A stretch of DNA of 64,000 nucleotides from the human T2T-CHM13v2.0 reference genome, Homo sapiens. Below, piece after piece: positions 28,771 through 42,754 of this stretch. The notes below the pieces were generated by a model that searched no databases, was not told where the DNA came from, and worked only from the letters and a program-made list of their open reading frames with translations. The stretch is taken from NCBI RefSeq assembly GCF_009914755.1, contig NC_060940.1; one strand, given 5' to 3'. How positions within the stretch are numbered: position 1 is the stretch's first letter; every line of letters begins with the position of its first letter. The translations under genes were made by a program, and so were the position numbers.

Positions 28771-28827
28771 TTAGGTTGATACAAAAGTAATCACGGTAAA
28801 ACTGCGCTTACTTTTGCACCAACCTAA
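28771..28827. mobile_element. MADE1 (Hsmar1-derived MITE), internally deleted
   Basis: ttaggttgatacaaaagtaat...ttacttttgcaccaacctaa inverted TIRs, with TA on the left flank. Confidence 0.92.
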
Positions 28828-29206
28828 GAATCATAACAAAAAAAAAAAATAAAGATTCTTAACACTGTTGTTATCATTAATGGTATTCATTATCTGTGCC
28901 TCAGGTTGAGACCTGGTTTCTCAGTACTATGTGAATGTAAAGTTTTTATTTTGTAGGATTTAATTTTAATGGCAGTTAAGATCACCCTTCTTCATGGCAC
29001 CATACATTTGGATGAGATTTTAAAATACACCACTGATCTTGAGAAAAGACTGATTTTATTTCAAAGGAGTAACCAGATTTTGTTGTGCTTTCTTTTGTCT
29101 TAAGTAACCCTTAACCTTTAATGCAGAGAGGATCTTCCAGTAAAATCCCATTATCTGGTAAAGGTATTTTTGGGGGGAGCTGGCCAACAGATTTAAAATG
29201 GAGGAA

Positions 29207-29815
29207 TTTTTTTCCTATGCGGTTATTTGAGCTCCTTATATATTCTGGTTATTAATCCCTTGTCAGATAAATTGGTAACGAAAATATGGTACATATACAC
29301 AGTGGACTACTATTCAGCTATAAAAAGAATGAGATCCTGTCATTTGCAACAACATAGATGGAACTGGAGGTCATGATGCTGAGTGCAATAAGCCAGGCAC
29401 AGAAAGAGGAACTTTGCATGTTCTTGCTTATTTGTGGGAGCTAAAACTTAAAATAATTGAACTCATGGAGACAGAAAGTAGAAGGATGGTTACCAGAGGC
29501 CAGGAAGGATAGTGTGGAAGGAAGAAATGGGGCTGGTTCATGGGAACAAAACATAGTTAAAAAGAACGAATAAGTCTTAGTGTTTGCTAGCAAAACAGGG
29601 TGACTGTAGTCAAAAAAAATTTAAGTGTACATTTTTAAATAAGTAAAAGAGTATAATCGGATTGTTTGCAGCACAAAAGATTAAATGCTTAAGGAGATGG
29701 AGACCCATTTACCCTGATGTGATTATTAAGCATTGCAGATCTGTACCAAAATATCTCATGTAACTCATAAATATATACACTTACCATGTTCTCCCAAACA
29801 TGAAAAATATAAAAT
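29207..29815 (+). mobile_element. L1MA2/3 3' end with inverted 5' piece (29207-29268)
   Basis: gaatgagatcctgtcatttgcaacaaca...tttaccctgatgtgattatt, preceded by antisense ORF2 tttgagctccttatatattctggttattaatcccttgtcagat. Confidence 0.88.
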
Positions 29816-31955
29816 TTTCAAAATAGAAAAAACTGTAGGAGAAGTCAGATTTGAGGAGATGTAAAATAAACTATATCCCTGATAATGCAGGAGACGCTCC
29901 ATAAGTGATGGGATGTTTACTCAAAGGCAAATGTGAAGTTGGCCAACCTTAGACAATTGGCCACATGCGATTCAGGGCAGGGGTGGTGTCTGTTCCTGTG
30001 ATTGAAGCAGCTTCATATCAGGCTCCTGTCTTCCTAGGGATGCTTATAGTTACTGAAAGCTTCTGACTGTAACTTCCTCTATCCTGAGCTCTTTGATGGG
30101 AGTCAGTAGAGAAAGAGAAGAGTGGAAACATATGTATGCTCTCTTCCTCATTATAAAGATTTATTTTTATTAGCCCCTTTGTCTCATGTGGCTGGCATTG
30201 AACAGCCACACCGGAACCATTATTGGATTCTGCAAGCATCTCTGAAAGCCGGCTTTTCAGTCACCTCAAGTTGAAGTGTTTTTGAGATTTGAACTGCTTT
30301 TGTTCGTGGAAGGTCACATGTGATGCCACAGAAGCCAACTCCCAGTTTCCCGATGCCGTTCTGCTCTTGTTGTTGATGACACGCTGAGTCCCTGACCTGG
30401 CTAAGCTCCCTCACTAAGAAAGATGTGATTTTGGTCACAGAGGAGACCAGGTGAGGGACAGCAGGCACAGATGACAACACATTATTATCATCCATTTGTT
30501 CACTGACTACCCAAGCAATTGGAGTCTGTTGGATTCCATGTGATGGAGAAGTCGGGAGGATGAAAGCCTGCGTATGCCTCCAGAGGCTCCCTACCAAATG
30601 ATTTTTAATAGTCTGTATCCCTCCCACAAACACAGTTGGTTACTCTACTGGGCAATGAAGTTTAAAGGTTGGAGAGGCTCCAAATCTGGGCACAGAGAAA
30701 TCTCAGCTTAATTGTCCCAAACTATTAAAAAAAAGACAACAATTTGTTGCCAGTACCTGGCGGACTGCTAAAGGTTTTTGTCATTTGTTAAGTAGTGTTG
30801 CACCCTTAGTGCTGCACCCTTAAAAAAAAAAAAAGGAAAAAAAGGTATGCCCTCTTTAATACTTACTAGTGGCTGACTCATAATTTTAAGCATGAAAGAC
30901 AAGGAGTGGATTTGAAATGTGGTGTGTGCTGCTTCTGTCTCCCACGGCAGCAACCAATGCTGTCACGAGCTGTTAAATGATGAGTTCTGAGGGGTGTATG
31001 TTTAAAAGCAACATTGAGGTTGCAAGCATCCAGGACCATTGAGGTAGCGTGGATCAGAATGGCTTTTCCACGTAAGAGCAGGCACTGGATAAAGCCCAGT
31101 GTGCCTCCTGGTGTTACGCTGGGTTGGTGGAAAAGCCTCTGGAAAATCCCAAAAGAGAAAGATGGAGGAGCGAAGAGTGTGATACTCTGATACTCGGATG
31201 TGTTGGTGCCCCCATAAAAGGGGTTCACAGGAAATAGGGAGGAATAGGCCAGTGTGCTGGTTCACTTTGGCTTGACACATGCAAATTGCCTAAAATCTCT
31301 TCTATGCTTTTTCTTAGTGTCTATCATGTAGCAGAAATGAATCCCTCTTGGTAGATTGAGAATATCATACGCAAAATGAAGACCTGGGAATTTTCCTGCT
31401 CTGTTCCTAGGCCCTGGACTGACATGGGAGAATTTTAAAACATGCGCTTTTAGAATCAAAATTAGTTTTCATGTCTGCAGAGACAAGGAGCCCATGGAAA
31501 CTACCAACTGGCATTGCTGAGAATAATTATTGTCAAATTGAGTCCATTGTGAATAGTCCTCATACATAATTGCCCTGGTTAGAATGAGCGCCAAAGAGGG
31601 AGCTTTAATATTTACTAACTCCCTGGTGAAGAAAGAAACCTTTTGCTTTATTAAAGGCTGTGGTGATAGTAATTTGCTGATGGAATGCATTAGTGACATG
31701 CACTATAGATGGATTTTATAAGAAGACATTGTCCAGAAGAGATTATTCAAATTCTACTAGTGGCTTTCCTCTTTGTAGAAGTATCTAGACTTGAAGTCAC
31801 GGCTTTCTTCTTTTGATAATATCTTGATTCTGTAGGAAACCAGTGCCTGTGCAGCTCTTTGTAGGAGTGTCTATTTCATAAAGTTCAGATTATGTCAGTA
31901 TTTCATAACAGCCAGGTCTTTCCCTGAGACTTACCCCTACAGGGATAAGAGAACA

Positions 31956-32325
<370 letters not shown>

Positions 32326-33022
32326 TTAATAAAACTTCAATCAAGAGTGCTCAAAATTCAAGCCTCGGGTAGGATAGGGAATGCGTTGCATTCAGGCCTT
32401 GGACATGTTTTTCTTGGATAGGTCATGGAGTTGAGGGGTAAGCATGGGACAAGTCCAGCATCAGACCAAAGAAGCCTAATGTAGAGGGTCTGGACCAAGA
32501 CTGGGTGTTGCTAGACATTACACAAGAGCCTCTTTTTAGTCTTCTGCCTCCAATGGACACCCATGACTGATCCTAGGAAATGTTACACATTTCCAGAGTT
32601 CTCCCAAGAAAATGGGAATATCTGTGAGGCTTTCTAGTTCAGTCCCCACATGCTATGAGGACCCTTGCTGTCTTGTGTTTTGGAGACCGTGACGTCACTG
32701 TCTTGTTTCTGTGGCCACAGGAGAGTCAGTCAGCAGGAGCAAGAGGATGGAGTAGTCTCATTGTCTTAGCCACAGCCAAGCCTAAGCTTTGCTCTAGGTC
32801 AAATGATCCAATGCTGGCCCATGAAGGGGAGTCAACTGACTTTATTTTGAAGGTTTTTAACTAGAGAGAATGTCAACTCTGCATTGGCCTTCTATCTTTT
32901 GCTGTTACACATGAAGTTTTGTATTGGGATGGAAAGGAGAAGCAGAATAATTTTGTTACGAATTCCTACTTCTCATCGATGTCTCCTTCCCACTGTGAAA
33001 ATACAAAATAGCACATCAATCA

Positions 33023-33260
33023 ATATGGCACAGTATTGAAGAATCCAAGTCAGCCAGTTCTAGTCTGGCTTCAAATCCCAGCTCTACCACCCATTCTTAA
33101 GTGAAATCTTAGGTAGCTCTCTGAGCTTCAGCGACTTCATCTGTAAACTCATGAGAGTAAGAATGCCTAGCATATTGGGGCTTAGGTAAGAGTAAATGAG
33201 TTAGTGAATGCTGGGCACTTAGCACAGTGGTTGCCACGTAGCAAATGCCTGGCAAAGGGA
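33023..33260 (+). mobile_element. MIR
   Basis: ttcaaatcccagctctaccac...cttcatctgtaaa...taaatgagttag...cacttagcacagtg. Confidence 0.8.
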
Positions 33261-33419
33261 CTGGGCTGCTGGTAGTGATTCTGTCAGCTTCTCCTCCTTG
33301 TTGTCTAACTTTGTGCTTGGATAGCATTCCTTATGGCCTCATATCTACACATCAAACTTTTCAGGGGAAGAGAGAGCACATTGGACTCATGACTCTGTGT
33401 AAAAGTTTGGAAACCATGA

Positions 33420-33728
<309 letters not shown>

Positions 33729-34634
33729 CCAAAGTCTGGAAACCATGACATCATTGTCTTGTTTCTGTGGCCACTGCAGAGCCAATCAGTTCAAGCGAGA
33801 GGGTGGAGTGTTCTCATTGGTTTGGACTAGGACGCATAATCCAATACTGTCACCTGAGGGGGCGTCAGGCTGAAAGAGATCCCCAAGTGGAAAACGGGCT
33901 GATGGGAAGAACAGAAATAGGGAAAATAAAGATGGAGGAGGCTCAACACATGTCCACTGTGCTTTGCAAATGGCGCATGTCCACCTTACAGAGAATCAAC
34001 ACCTCAAGGCATGAACTGTGTTGCTCTGTAAGTCCGTAGCCATTGGTCGTCAAGAATGAGCTTCCCTGTCATTAGGTGAACCCAGAAGTAATCAGCCCTA
34101 GGTGTCACGTTCCATCCAGTGCTCTTTCTGCTTTTGAGCCACTTACTGAAAGGCTTATCTCCCATCCTTTGGGGATGCTCTCTGCTTAAAAGGATGTTTA
34201 GAATGCCATTTGTAGCACACACACGTACACGGGCAATCCTTTCCACTTCATCTTACCATATTCATCTGAATCTGGCTTCCCGAGAGTCTCTGTAGTATGG
34301 CGTGGAGGCTTAAGAGCTTCTGTGTCTTTCAGAGGGTAGAAGGAGATTCAGTCGACTTTCTTTTGCCCACATGAATTGATGCTATGCTCCTTTAAGTGCC
34401 AGGTTTAGTCCCCTGCTGAGATCACACTTACCTCAACTAAATTATTTTTCATTTAAAAGCAGCCATCCATTCACAGTCTTTTATTTGTGTTTCAATGATG
34501 TTTGTAAATGTGCTCTAGCAGTTGAAAGTGTAGGCACGTATGTGGGGGAGCATTCCTGATGTTCCCCTCACCACGCATTTGTGTACCCCTCACATGCCCT
34601 TTGTCTGTGTCTCATCCATCTCTAACATGACCAC

Positions 34635-34880
34635 AAAAATGGTGTCTCCTGAAGTGTTCAAGGATCTACCCTCCTCCATAGTCATGAAGTTTCTAGTAAT
34701 AATGATAATTATTCTTACTGTAATAAGGAGGAAGGGGTGGAGGAGAAAAAAGTGATGGAGAAAAATGGTGTCTCCTGAAGTGTTCATGGATCCGCCCTCC
34801 CTTGTAGTCATGGAGTTTCCAATAATAATGATAATTATTTTAATAAGGAGGAAGGGGAGGAGGAGAAAAAAGAGGGAGAG
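34635..34880. repeat. Two-copy tandem duplication (126 + 120 bp)
   Basis: aaaaatggtgtctcctgaagtgttca begins at 34635 and 34761; units align along their length. Confidence 0.95.
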
Positions 34881-35239
34881 AAAAGGGGAGAATGAGGACA
34901 TGAAGGAGGAAGAGAAGGAGTTGGAGAATGAAAAGAAAAACAAGAACAAAAACAACCAGAGAAATAACAGTGTAGTATTAGCACATCTTTGACACAAGCT
35001 TCAATAATTTCTGAAGAAGTGAAGGAAGGAAGAAAAGAATGGAAGGAAGGAAAGGAGAGAAGGAGAGAAGAAATGGGTGTATATTACAGGTTTACTTATG
35101 TGCTAAGTCCTGTGGTCAGACCTTGACATTTCATTTTCTCCTGTAATGTTCACTCTGGCTATACAAGATCAGTGATTTCATTATTTGCACTTTCTAGATA
35201 AGGATGCTGAGCAAAGTGGCTTACTTTTCTGTATTCTTC

Positions 35240-35897
35240 CTCTCCTGACCCATCCATTTTATGCTCAGCTGCTAGGCTTGTCTTTGTCAGACACATTGCT
35301 TATGCCAGTCTTCTACTCAAACAACCTTCAGAAGTTCCCAGTTGAGCATTACGTAAAACCAAACATATGAGCCTGAGATTTAGAGTCCTCCCATTTTGGT
35401 CCTGGACATATTTTTCTTAGAATCTAAGACATAACTAATATGCTGTCTACCCACTTTGGGTCATACCCAAATGGCCTGTTACATTGTTCCCATGTCTTCC
35501 CTTGAGAGCAGACCTTTATGAACCTCTGTTTAAATAGAATAATTTTTTTCTAAAGAAGCCTTTTTATGGATCAAAATCCTTCCATTATTCTCTGTGCTTA
35601 CAGAGTCTTAAGTCTACATAATCTCTTTAATCTGCCTGCCTTCTCTTATTCCATTTCTCAAAACCCTCCCCTGCTTTGACTTCAGGCTACCCCATACCTC
35701 CACTGTGCTGAACTAATGTTAGCCATAAACATACTTGCACCTGCTGTTTCCTTTACCTGGAACAGCTCCTTCATCCGCCTGAAGTCTCTCACCCACCCTA
35801 ATGGCCTCTTGGGTGAATTTCACTCTATCCTTTAACACCTAGCTCAAATGTCAGCTTTGCATAATTTTCCTTGACTCTCCTAGATGGAATGAGTCCG
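35240..35897 (+). mobile_element. L2 fragments
   Basis: ttgcacctgctgtttcctttacctggaacagctc...cctagctcaaatgtca. Confidence 0.65.
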
Positions 35898-35929
35898 TGA
35901 AACCTGTATTTTTTTAGGTACTGGTACTG

Positions 35930-36445
<516 letters not shown>

Positions 36446-38653
36446 TATGTTCATATGTTTAAAATGTCTTTGTTTCAGAGGAAAAACTCCTCAAACATAA
36501 GGCTTGTTAATTTTTTATAACCCTAGCACTTTGTACATGAAGAGTGACTAGTTCATAAAACCCAACACTTTCATGGAATTGAAAAATACTTTCTTATTGA
36601 ATAAGGCATTGGAAGACAATCTGTTGATTGTCAAGATTTCAGTAACATCACCAATTATTCGTGGTGCTAGTTGCAAGTAAAATGAAAAAATGTTGTTTTC
36701 TCCATTCTCATTGTGGTTTGGGGTAACTTCGATTAAAATGCATATATAAACCAGTAATTTCACCAATAGTTGGTAGAGACATTGCAACACAAAACCTGCC
36801 CAGGTGTGGAGGATGGGCATACAGTGGGGTATTATGGGAATGTTGCATTTGAAAAAGAGCCCCAGTCTTGGCACCTTGACATCTTCCTGGGAAAACTAAC
36901 CGCTTTCCTCCACAAATATGCTCTGGGGGCAGAGATAAAGTATGAGGCTAGGTCAGAAGCTGTGAGCATAAATTCCTACTAGTGTAGACATCAACATAAT
37001 GAATGTTCCTTTTAGCCTCTCATTCCAAATATAGAGGTGGAAGGCATGTCCAAGGTTGTGACACAGGATGACTGGCTTGTTGTGGGCCACTTGTGACCAA
37101 GACATTTCCCAGTACATGCTGGTTCCTAATTTAGGTCCTTGGCTCGCTTCTGACAAGCCACTTTATGGAAGGGCGTGATGATATATGGCCTTCCCCTGCT
37201 GAACAGCTCGCATTTTGACATCACCCACAATTCTGCATATTCAGTTTGCTCTAATCCAGACATAACTGTTCTCCCTTCACCTTTAGTATTCAAGGTTGCA
37301 TCCTGATCCGAATACATCTGTGTTTGGGGCAAAACTGGAGGGTCGTCAATTAATCTTAGGCATGACAGTTTATTACTCCCTGAAGTCTCTCTTTCTCCTT
37401 CTCTGCTGGACAGAGAAACAGAGAATTCCCATTTCTGATACCAGTGTCTCCTGTCTCCCAGCTGGCTTCTCTTTGGCAGCACTTCTCCACCTACACTGCC
37501 GAAGTGGGAGAGGATGTGAGGATTTATATTCAAGGAGAATTTAGAAATGCTTTGTGTTTCAGAGAGTGCTTTGCCTGGGTGTTTAATCCCGTGACCATCA
37601 AACCCCTCGAGATAGTACTTGATGGCTACAATAAACTGGCCTCTTTCCTATTGTCTCTTCTTGATTACAAACCCTGTCTTGCACGATGGTTTCAAAATTA
37701 TCCTCCTGCACTTCCTGCCACATCCCTTCATGGCCAAGATTTTTCCAAGTTATAAAATATTTTTGCTTTTCTTCCATTCGTTATTTTATTTTCCAATTCT
37801 TAAAAGTACATAACCAGAGATTGTATGAGAAATAAATGTCTTATAAAGTCTGGGGCCTTAATACTTGTGGTGATGATAATGAGATGTCGATAGTAGTGAT
37901 GATGGTGATGGTAATTGTGATGATGGCTATTTTGCATTTTGGAGACATGAGACCCACTGAGTTAAATGATGTTCTTGATGCCTCATTGACTCTGAAGTTC
38001 TTGTCTGTCTTTGTTGAACTAATTCAAGTTGGAGATTTTCCTTTTGTTTCTTTTCACCCCTAAATGTCACCATTCCTGCAATGGATGAAAATGTGGATTT
38101 GTTTTTTAGGAAGTCTAAGTGGATGAGATTAATAGCCTGCCCTGTGGTTTGTTAAATAAACTTGATAAGGTTTTATTGATTACCTTGAGGGTTGTCTGGG
38201 CCAAACACCATGTACCATTTAAGAAACTAACATTAGTTAAGAAAAGTTTTCATCTCACTTGAGGAGGGGAAAAAATTATTGCAAGATACGTGATCCAGGG
38301 AAAGGACAAACTGAGAGATTCATGGCTCAAGGCTTTCTGTGGGTGTCAAGTTGGGGGTCATGGGGAAAGAAAAAGTGCACCAATCAGGGGCCAGGTGATG
38401 ACCGTGTGTCATTTCAATTAATGTGTTTCTATTATACAGATGGGCACACTGAGAGTCAGTTATTTTGTGTAGTTTTCTCTGGGTCATGTAGATCTGATTC
38501 CAGTTCAAAATCATGCTCTGGCACCTCCTGTGCTGGGAAAACATCCTGGGAAGGTGAAATTCAGACCACTTACTGCCTCCAGCTCTTGGGGCTTCTTGAC
38601 ATTGTCCTAGTGTTTGCCTTAAGGGCCACCCGGAGTAACTGCCCTTTGAATTT

Positions 38654-38741
38654 TATCTATGTATGTATCTGTCCATCCGTCCGTCCGTCCATCCATCCAT
38701 CCATCTATCTCTGTCTGTCTGTCTATCCATCTATCTATCCA

Positions 38742-38808
<67 letters not shown>

Positions 38809-38811
38809 GTC
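38654..38811. repeat. Compound tetranucleotide STR ...(CGTC)3(CATC)4...(TGTC)7(TATC)9
   Basis: Directly visible. Confidence 0.97.
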
Positions 38812-39378
38812 TTCCTGCAGAAGTAGCAAACGTGCCCCGTTCTTCCCTGGAGCTAGCAAAAGCAGGGATAGCATTTGGTCAGAGTTCAGCCACACACTTC
38901 TTTTCTTTCTGGCTTACCACCACCTAGTGGGGCCAGAAAATAAAGGGGGAAATATTTTCTCAGTGGGCTCCCAAGGACTGTGAGAAGATAAACACTTAAT
39001 TCTAACTACTTTCTCCCTTCTCGGTGAGAAGCTGCCACCCATCGTATGCACAAAGTGGAAAGGCACAAAGTGGAAAGCTTGACTTGCCAAGCCAGCCAAA
39101 TGTCTCTGCAGTCAAGATATGGGGGGAACCGTCTGTGTAATTTATCTCTAAAATGGAATTGGTAATACCTGCCCTGCCTACCACACTGGGTTGAGTGAAG
39201 AGTGGGAGTGCTCTGTGCACCAGAAAGGGTCAAATGAAATGAGAATAGTCAGGTGATACTATTGTGTTGCATTGTCATTGCAGTTAATACTTCCTTTTGG
39301 AGAAGAAATACTGTACATGGGGATATAGCCCTCCACCTTGGGAAAACCCAGAGAATATTCATTTCTGATGGAAACTGT

Positions 39379-39681
<303 letters not shown>

Positions 39682-39699
39682 CTCTGCGAGAACTACCAA

Positions 39700-39890
39700 T
39701 TACCCACCACCTATTGTATGCCCGGTTCTGTATTAGCAACTCAGTAGACACTTTCTTATTTAGTGTCTAAGGTCTTCATTATCTCCATTTCATAAGACTG
39801 AGGGTTAGCAAGATGAAAGGACTTAACCAGAACTAAGGCAACTGATATATACCAGAACTGTGGGTTTGGCCCCATGCTCTTAACCACCCT
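39700..39890 (-). mobile_element. MIR
   Basis: attatctccatttcataagactgagg...cccatgctcttaaccac. Confidence 0.6.
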
Positions 39891-40859
39891 TCTGCAATGA
39901 CTGAGCAGGTGCTTTGGGTCAGTAGGCATGGTATTAAACTATCAGTCTGTCTTCCTTCCTGGGAGAGACACAAAAACATTGAGAACTCATGGGCATGTTT
40001 CCACCGTGCAGGTGCTAAGGTTTCTTATTTCGTGACCAGAGACCAGGCACATTCAGTGAACTGCTTCATTCGGAGGTGCTTGGAGCTTCTTCATGGCCAT
40101 CCTTTGCAACTTGGAGTATGCAAACAACATTTCTTCTCTAAATTAAAAGCTTCCAAAGTTATGATGGTATGTGCTTTTTAAAGAAAGGATGTATTCAAAA
40201 TTTAAAGCGATGTTGAATTTTGATAGTATTGCTTTGTAGGTTGTTAAATTGTGGCTTTAGACAATGAGTTGTTTATAGAACTACAAAATCCTTGTGAGGA
40301 ATTCAGATTTGTCTACCTTTCTTAGAGGGTCCTAATGAGGTTGTGTTTTAAGAAATGTTACATAGACTATAAAATCCTAATTTTTAAAACAATCTGGTTC
40401 ATTGTCTGAAGGGCCTCATTTAACACATAGTCTCTGTACACTTGGTAAAAATCATAAAATGAAATTATTCAACGTAACTGCCATATCAGTGGGACTATTT
40501 GTTTATAAGCAAAAAAACATTGGTTCTAACTTGTGAAAAAAAATAATTCATTAGAAAGATATGTGGGCACCTTTAGCTTGAAGGGGAGGGCTGAAGACTA
40601 TCTTTGAAAAGGGCAGGACCCAGGACAGTTCTGCAGGGCCTCAGCAGCAGGAACCCTGCTTAGTTTGATCCAGACACCCTTAGAACCTCTAAGTGGCTTC
40701 GTTTCGATCAAGTGCCAGTCCCTTGATTTGGTTATACCAAGCCATCTGCTTAATTAACCCCACAAAGCAGGTATAAGGAGGCAGAGGGAACTTCCAAAAA
40801 GGACTTTGAAGTGCTATTGTCAATAGAAAGTAGGCAGACGTTGCTGAGAGAAAAAAATC

Positions 40860-41250
40860 CAATAAAATTTCTGTGAATAACCAGTGTTGGAAAGAGTGTA
40901 GGGGGGGAAAAAAATAATTGCTACGCCACTAGAGAGATGTAAATTGGCATAAATTTTCCGAAGGGTAATTTGTCAATTTATATCAAAACCTTTTTACAAT
41001 GTTTAGATCCTTTAATCAAGCAATTCCACGCACAGGAATAGCGGCTGACGACAATCAGGCAGGTGGGAAGCAGGCTTACTAGAGGCTCAAAATGGTGTTT
41101 TTCTGTAATTGTGAATAAATGGGAGAAGAAAAATACCTAACAATGGGTATTGCTTAAATTATAGCAAATAGACATTATGACAGGGAAGCCTAGGCTGTGC
41201 TACTGTTGCTCATTGGTCAAGGAAAAGGTGCATGCACGTTTTTAAAGAAT
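40860..41250 (+). mobile_element. Old L1 (L1ME4-like) fragment
   Basis: accagtgttggaaagagtgtag...gatgtaaattggca...cctttaatcaagcaattccac. Confidence 0.7.
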
Positions 41251-41334
41251 GGATATGTTAATTTCTGAAGCCCAAGACATCCCTGTCTAACATTCCACTA
41301 CTAATTGCATTTCTCCTCCTCATTTAATTTTAAT

Positions 41335-41552
41335 TAAACCTTTCCTTCCCTCTCTCCCTCCCTTCCTCATTTCTTTTTTCTCTTCCTTCCCTTCCCTCCC
41401 CTCCCCTCCCGTCCCCTCTCCTCTCCTCTCTTCTCTTCCTCTCCCCTCTCCTCCCGTTTTATCCCCTCCCCTTCGCTTTTCCCTCCCTCCTTCCTCTCCT
41501 CTCCTCTCCTTCCCTCGCTCTCTTTGTCTTTCTCTCTTTAATCTTTTTTCCT
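41335..41552. repeat. CT-rich polypyrimidine low-complexity tract
   Basis: About 215 bp almost purely C/T on the + strand. Confidence 0.95.
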
Positions 41553-42112
41553 TAAAACACCAGCAATCACACATGTTAAGGCCATATTATGTTTCAAAGA
41601 AATACTTGTAGGCTAGCTTAGGAATTCTGGCTAATTATAGCCTTGTTTGGATAGCCAGAAAACAACAACAAGAAAAAAAAATTGCAAAATTTCTGGGACT
41701 TGACTTTAGATACGCTTTGTAAACATGATTTCTATCTCCTGTACAACTGTGATTCTTAAAGCTAAATAGTGAGGAATCCTCATGTCTAAAAATGGAAGGC
41801 TTAGAGTTAGGACTAAGAAATGAAGTCCTTATCACTGGCCCATTTTAATCTGTGTTTGGGTCTTGTTGAATTCGAGCTAAGGGAAGGGGAATACTTCTTT
41901 TGCAGGGCTCAGGAATTAAAAGTTCAGCTCTCACTTTTCTCACCAAGGTTATCGACCAGCTTCTACAAAGCCAAATATTTGTTTTCTAATGAAAGTGTTA
42001 GGAGATTTGGCAGAGTAAAAACGTCCTTGCATCTAGAAAAACTGGCATGTGTTTTCTTTGAATCAATTTCCAAAGATTATGCAGTATCTTTTAATGGCAC
42101 TCTGGGGACCCA

Positions 42113-42114
<2 letters not shown>

Positions 42115-42160
<46 letters not shown>
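42115..42160. repeat. (GT)23 microsatellite
   Basis: Directly visible. Confidence 0.98.
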
Positions 42161-42161
<1 letters not shown>

Positions 42162-42754
42162 TTAAAAATTAGGATGAACATTTTATGTCTCCCAAGTAGA
42201 TAAACCTCTGCCCTACCCCCAGTGAAGAGATCATAAAGCACAATGTTATTAATTCAGAAGTGATGGGAGGGAATGCCATAATTCCAGAGATGATATTTGT
42301 TAAAATATTGATGGCTTACCACTTTCCCCTGTTGGATTAATTTTTACCCAAGCTGGCCATTTATCAGAAGGTACATAATGCCATCGTATTGGGAAGATTT
42401 TTTTTTGAAAGATATTTATGAAGACATCAACTTCAGTCAATGAAATTAGACAGTTAAAAGATGGCAAAATATGCTTTGGCTTAGCATAAGGAAAGCAATT
42501 CTGGATGAAGCTGTTTCTATTAATTTAGCTGACAGGAAAGTGTGAGGGTGGCTTGTAAAGTTAAATATGACCTGTTCAGAAACCATAACTTGGGTTGGCA
42601 TTCAGTACCGGGGTTAATACTAATAACCAGGTTAATCTTTAGGTACAGTACCTAAGAAACAGTGAACCATAAGAAGGGATATTTTGGTAAAGGAGACTGA
42701 ATTGTGTCTTCTTCTGCTTAACCCATTTTTATGCCTTCCATGTGCACTGATAAT

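Noticed and set aside
38259-38983. 222-aa and 106-aa ORFs, the longest in the window
   Set aside because: Kept open by the stop-free tetranucleotide STR (SIYL/SVCL repeats)
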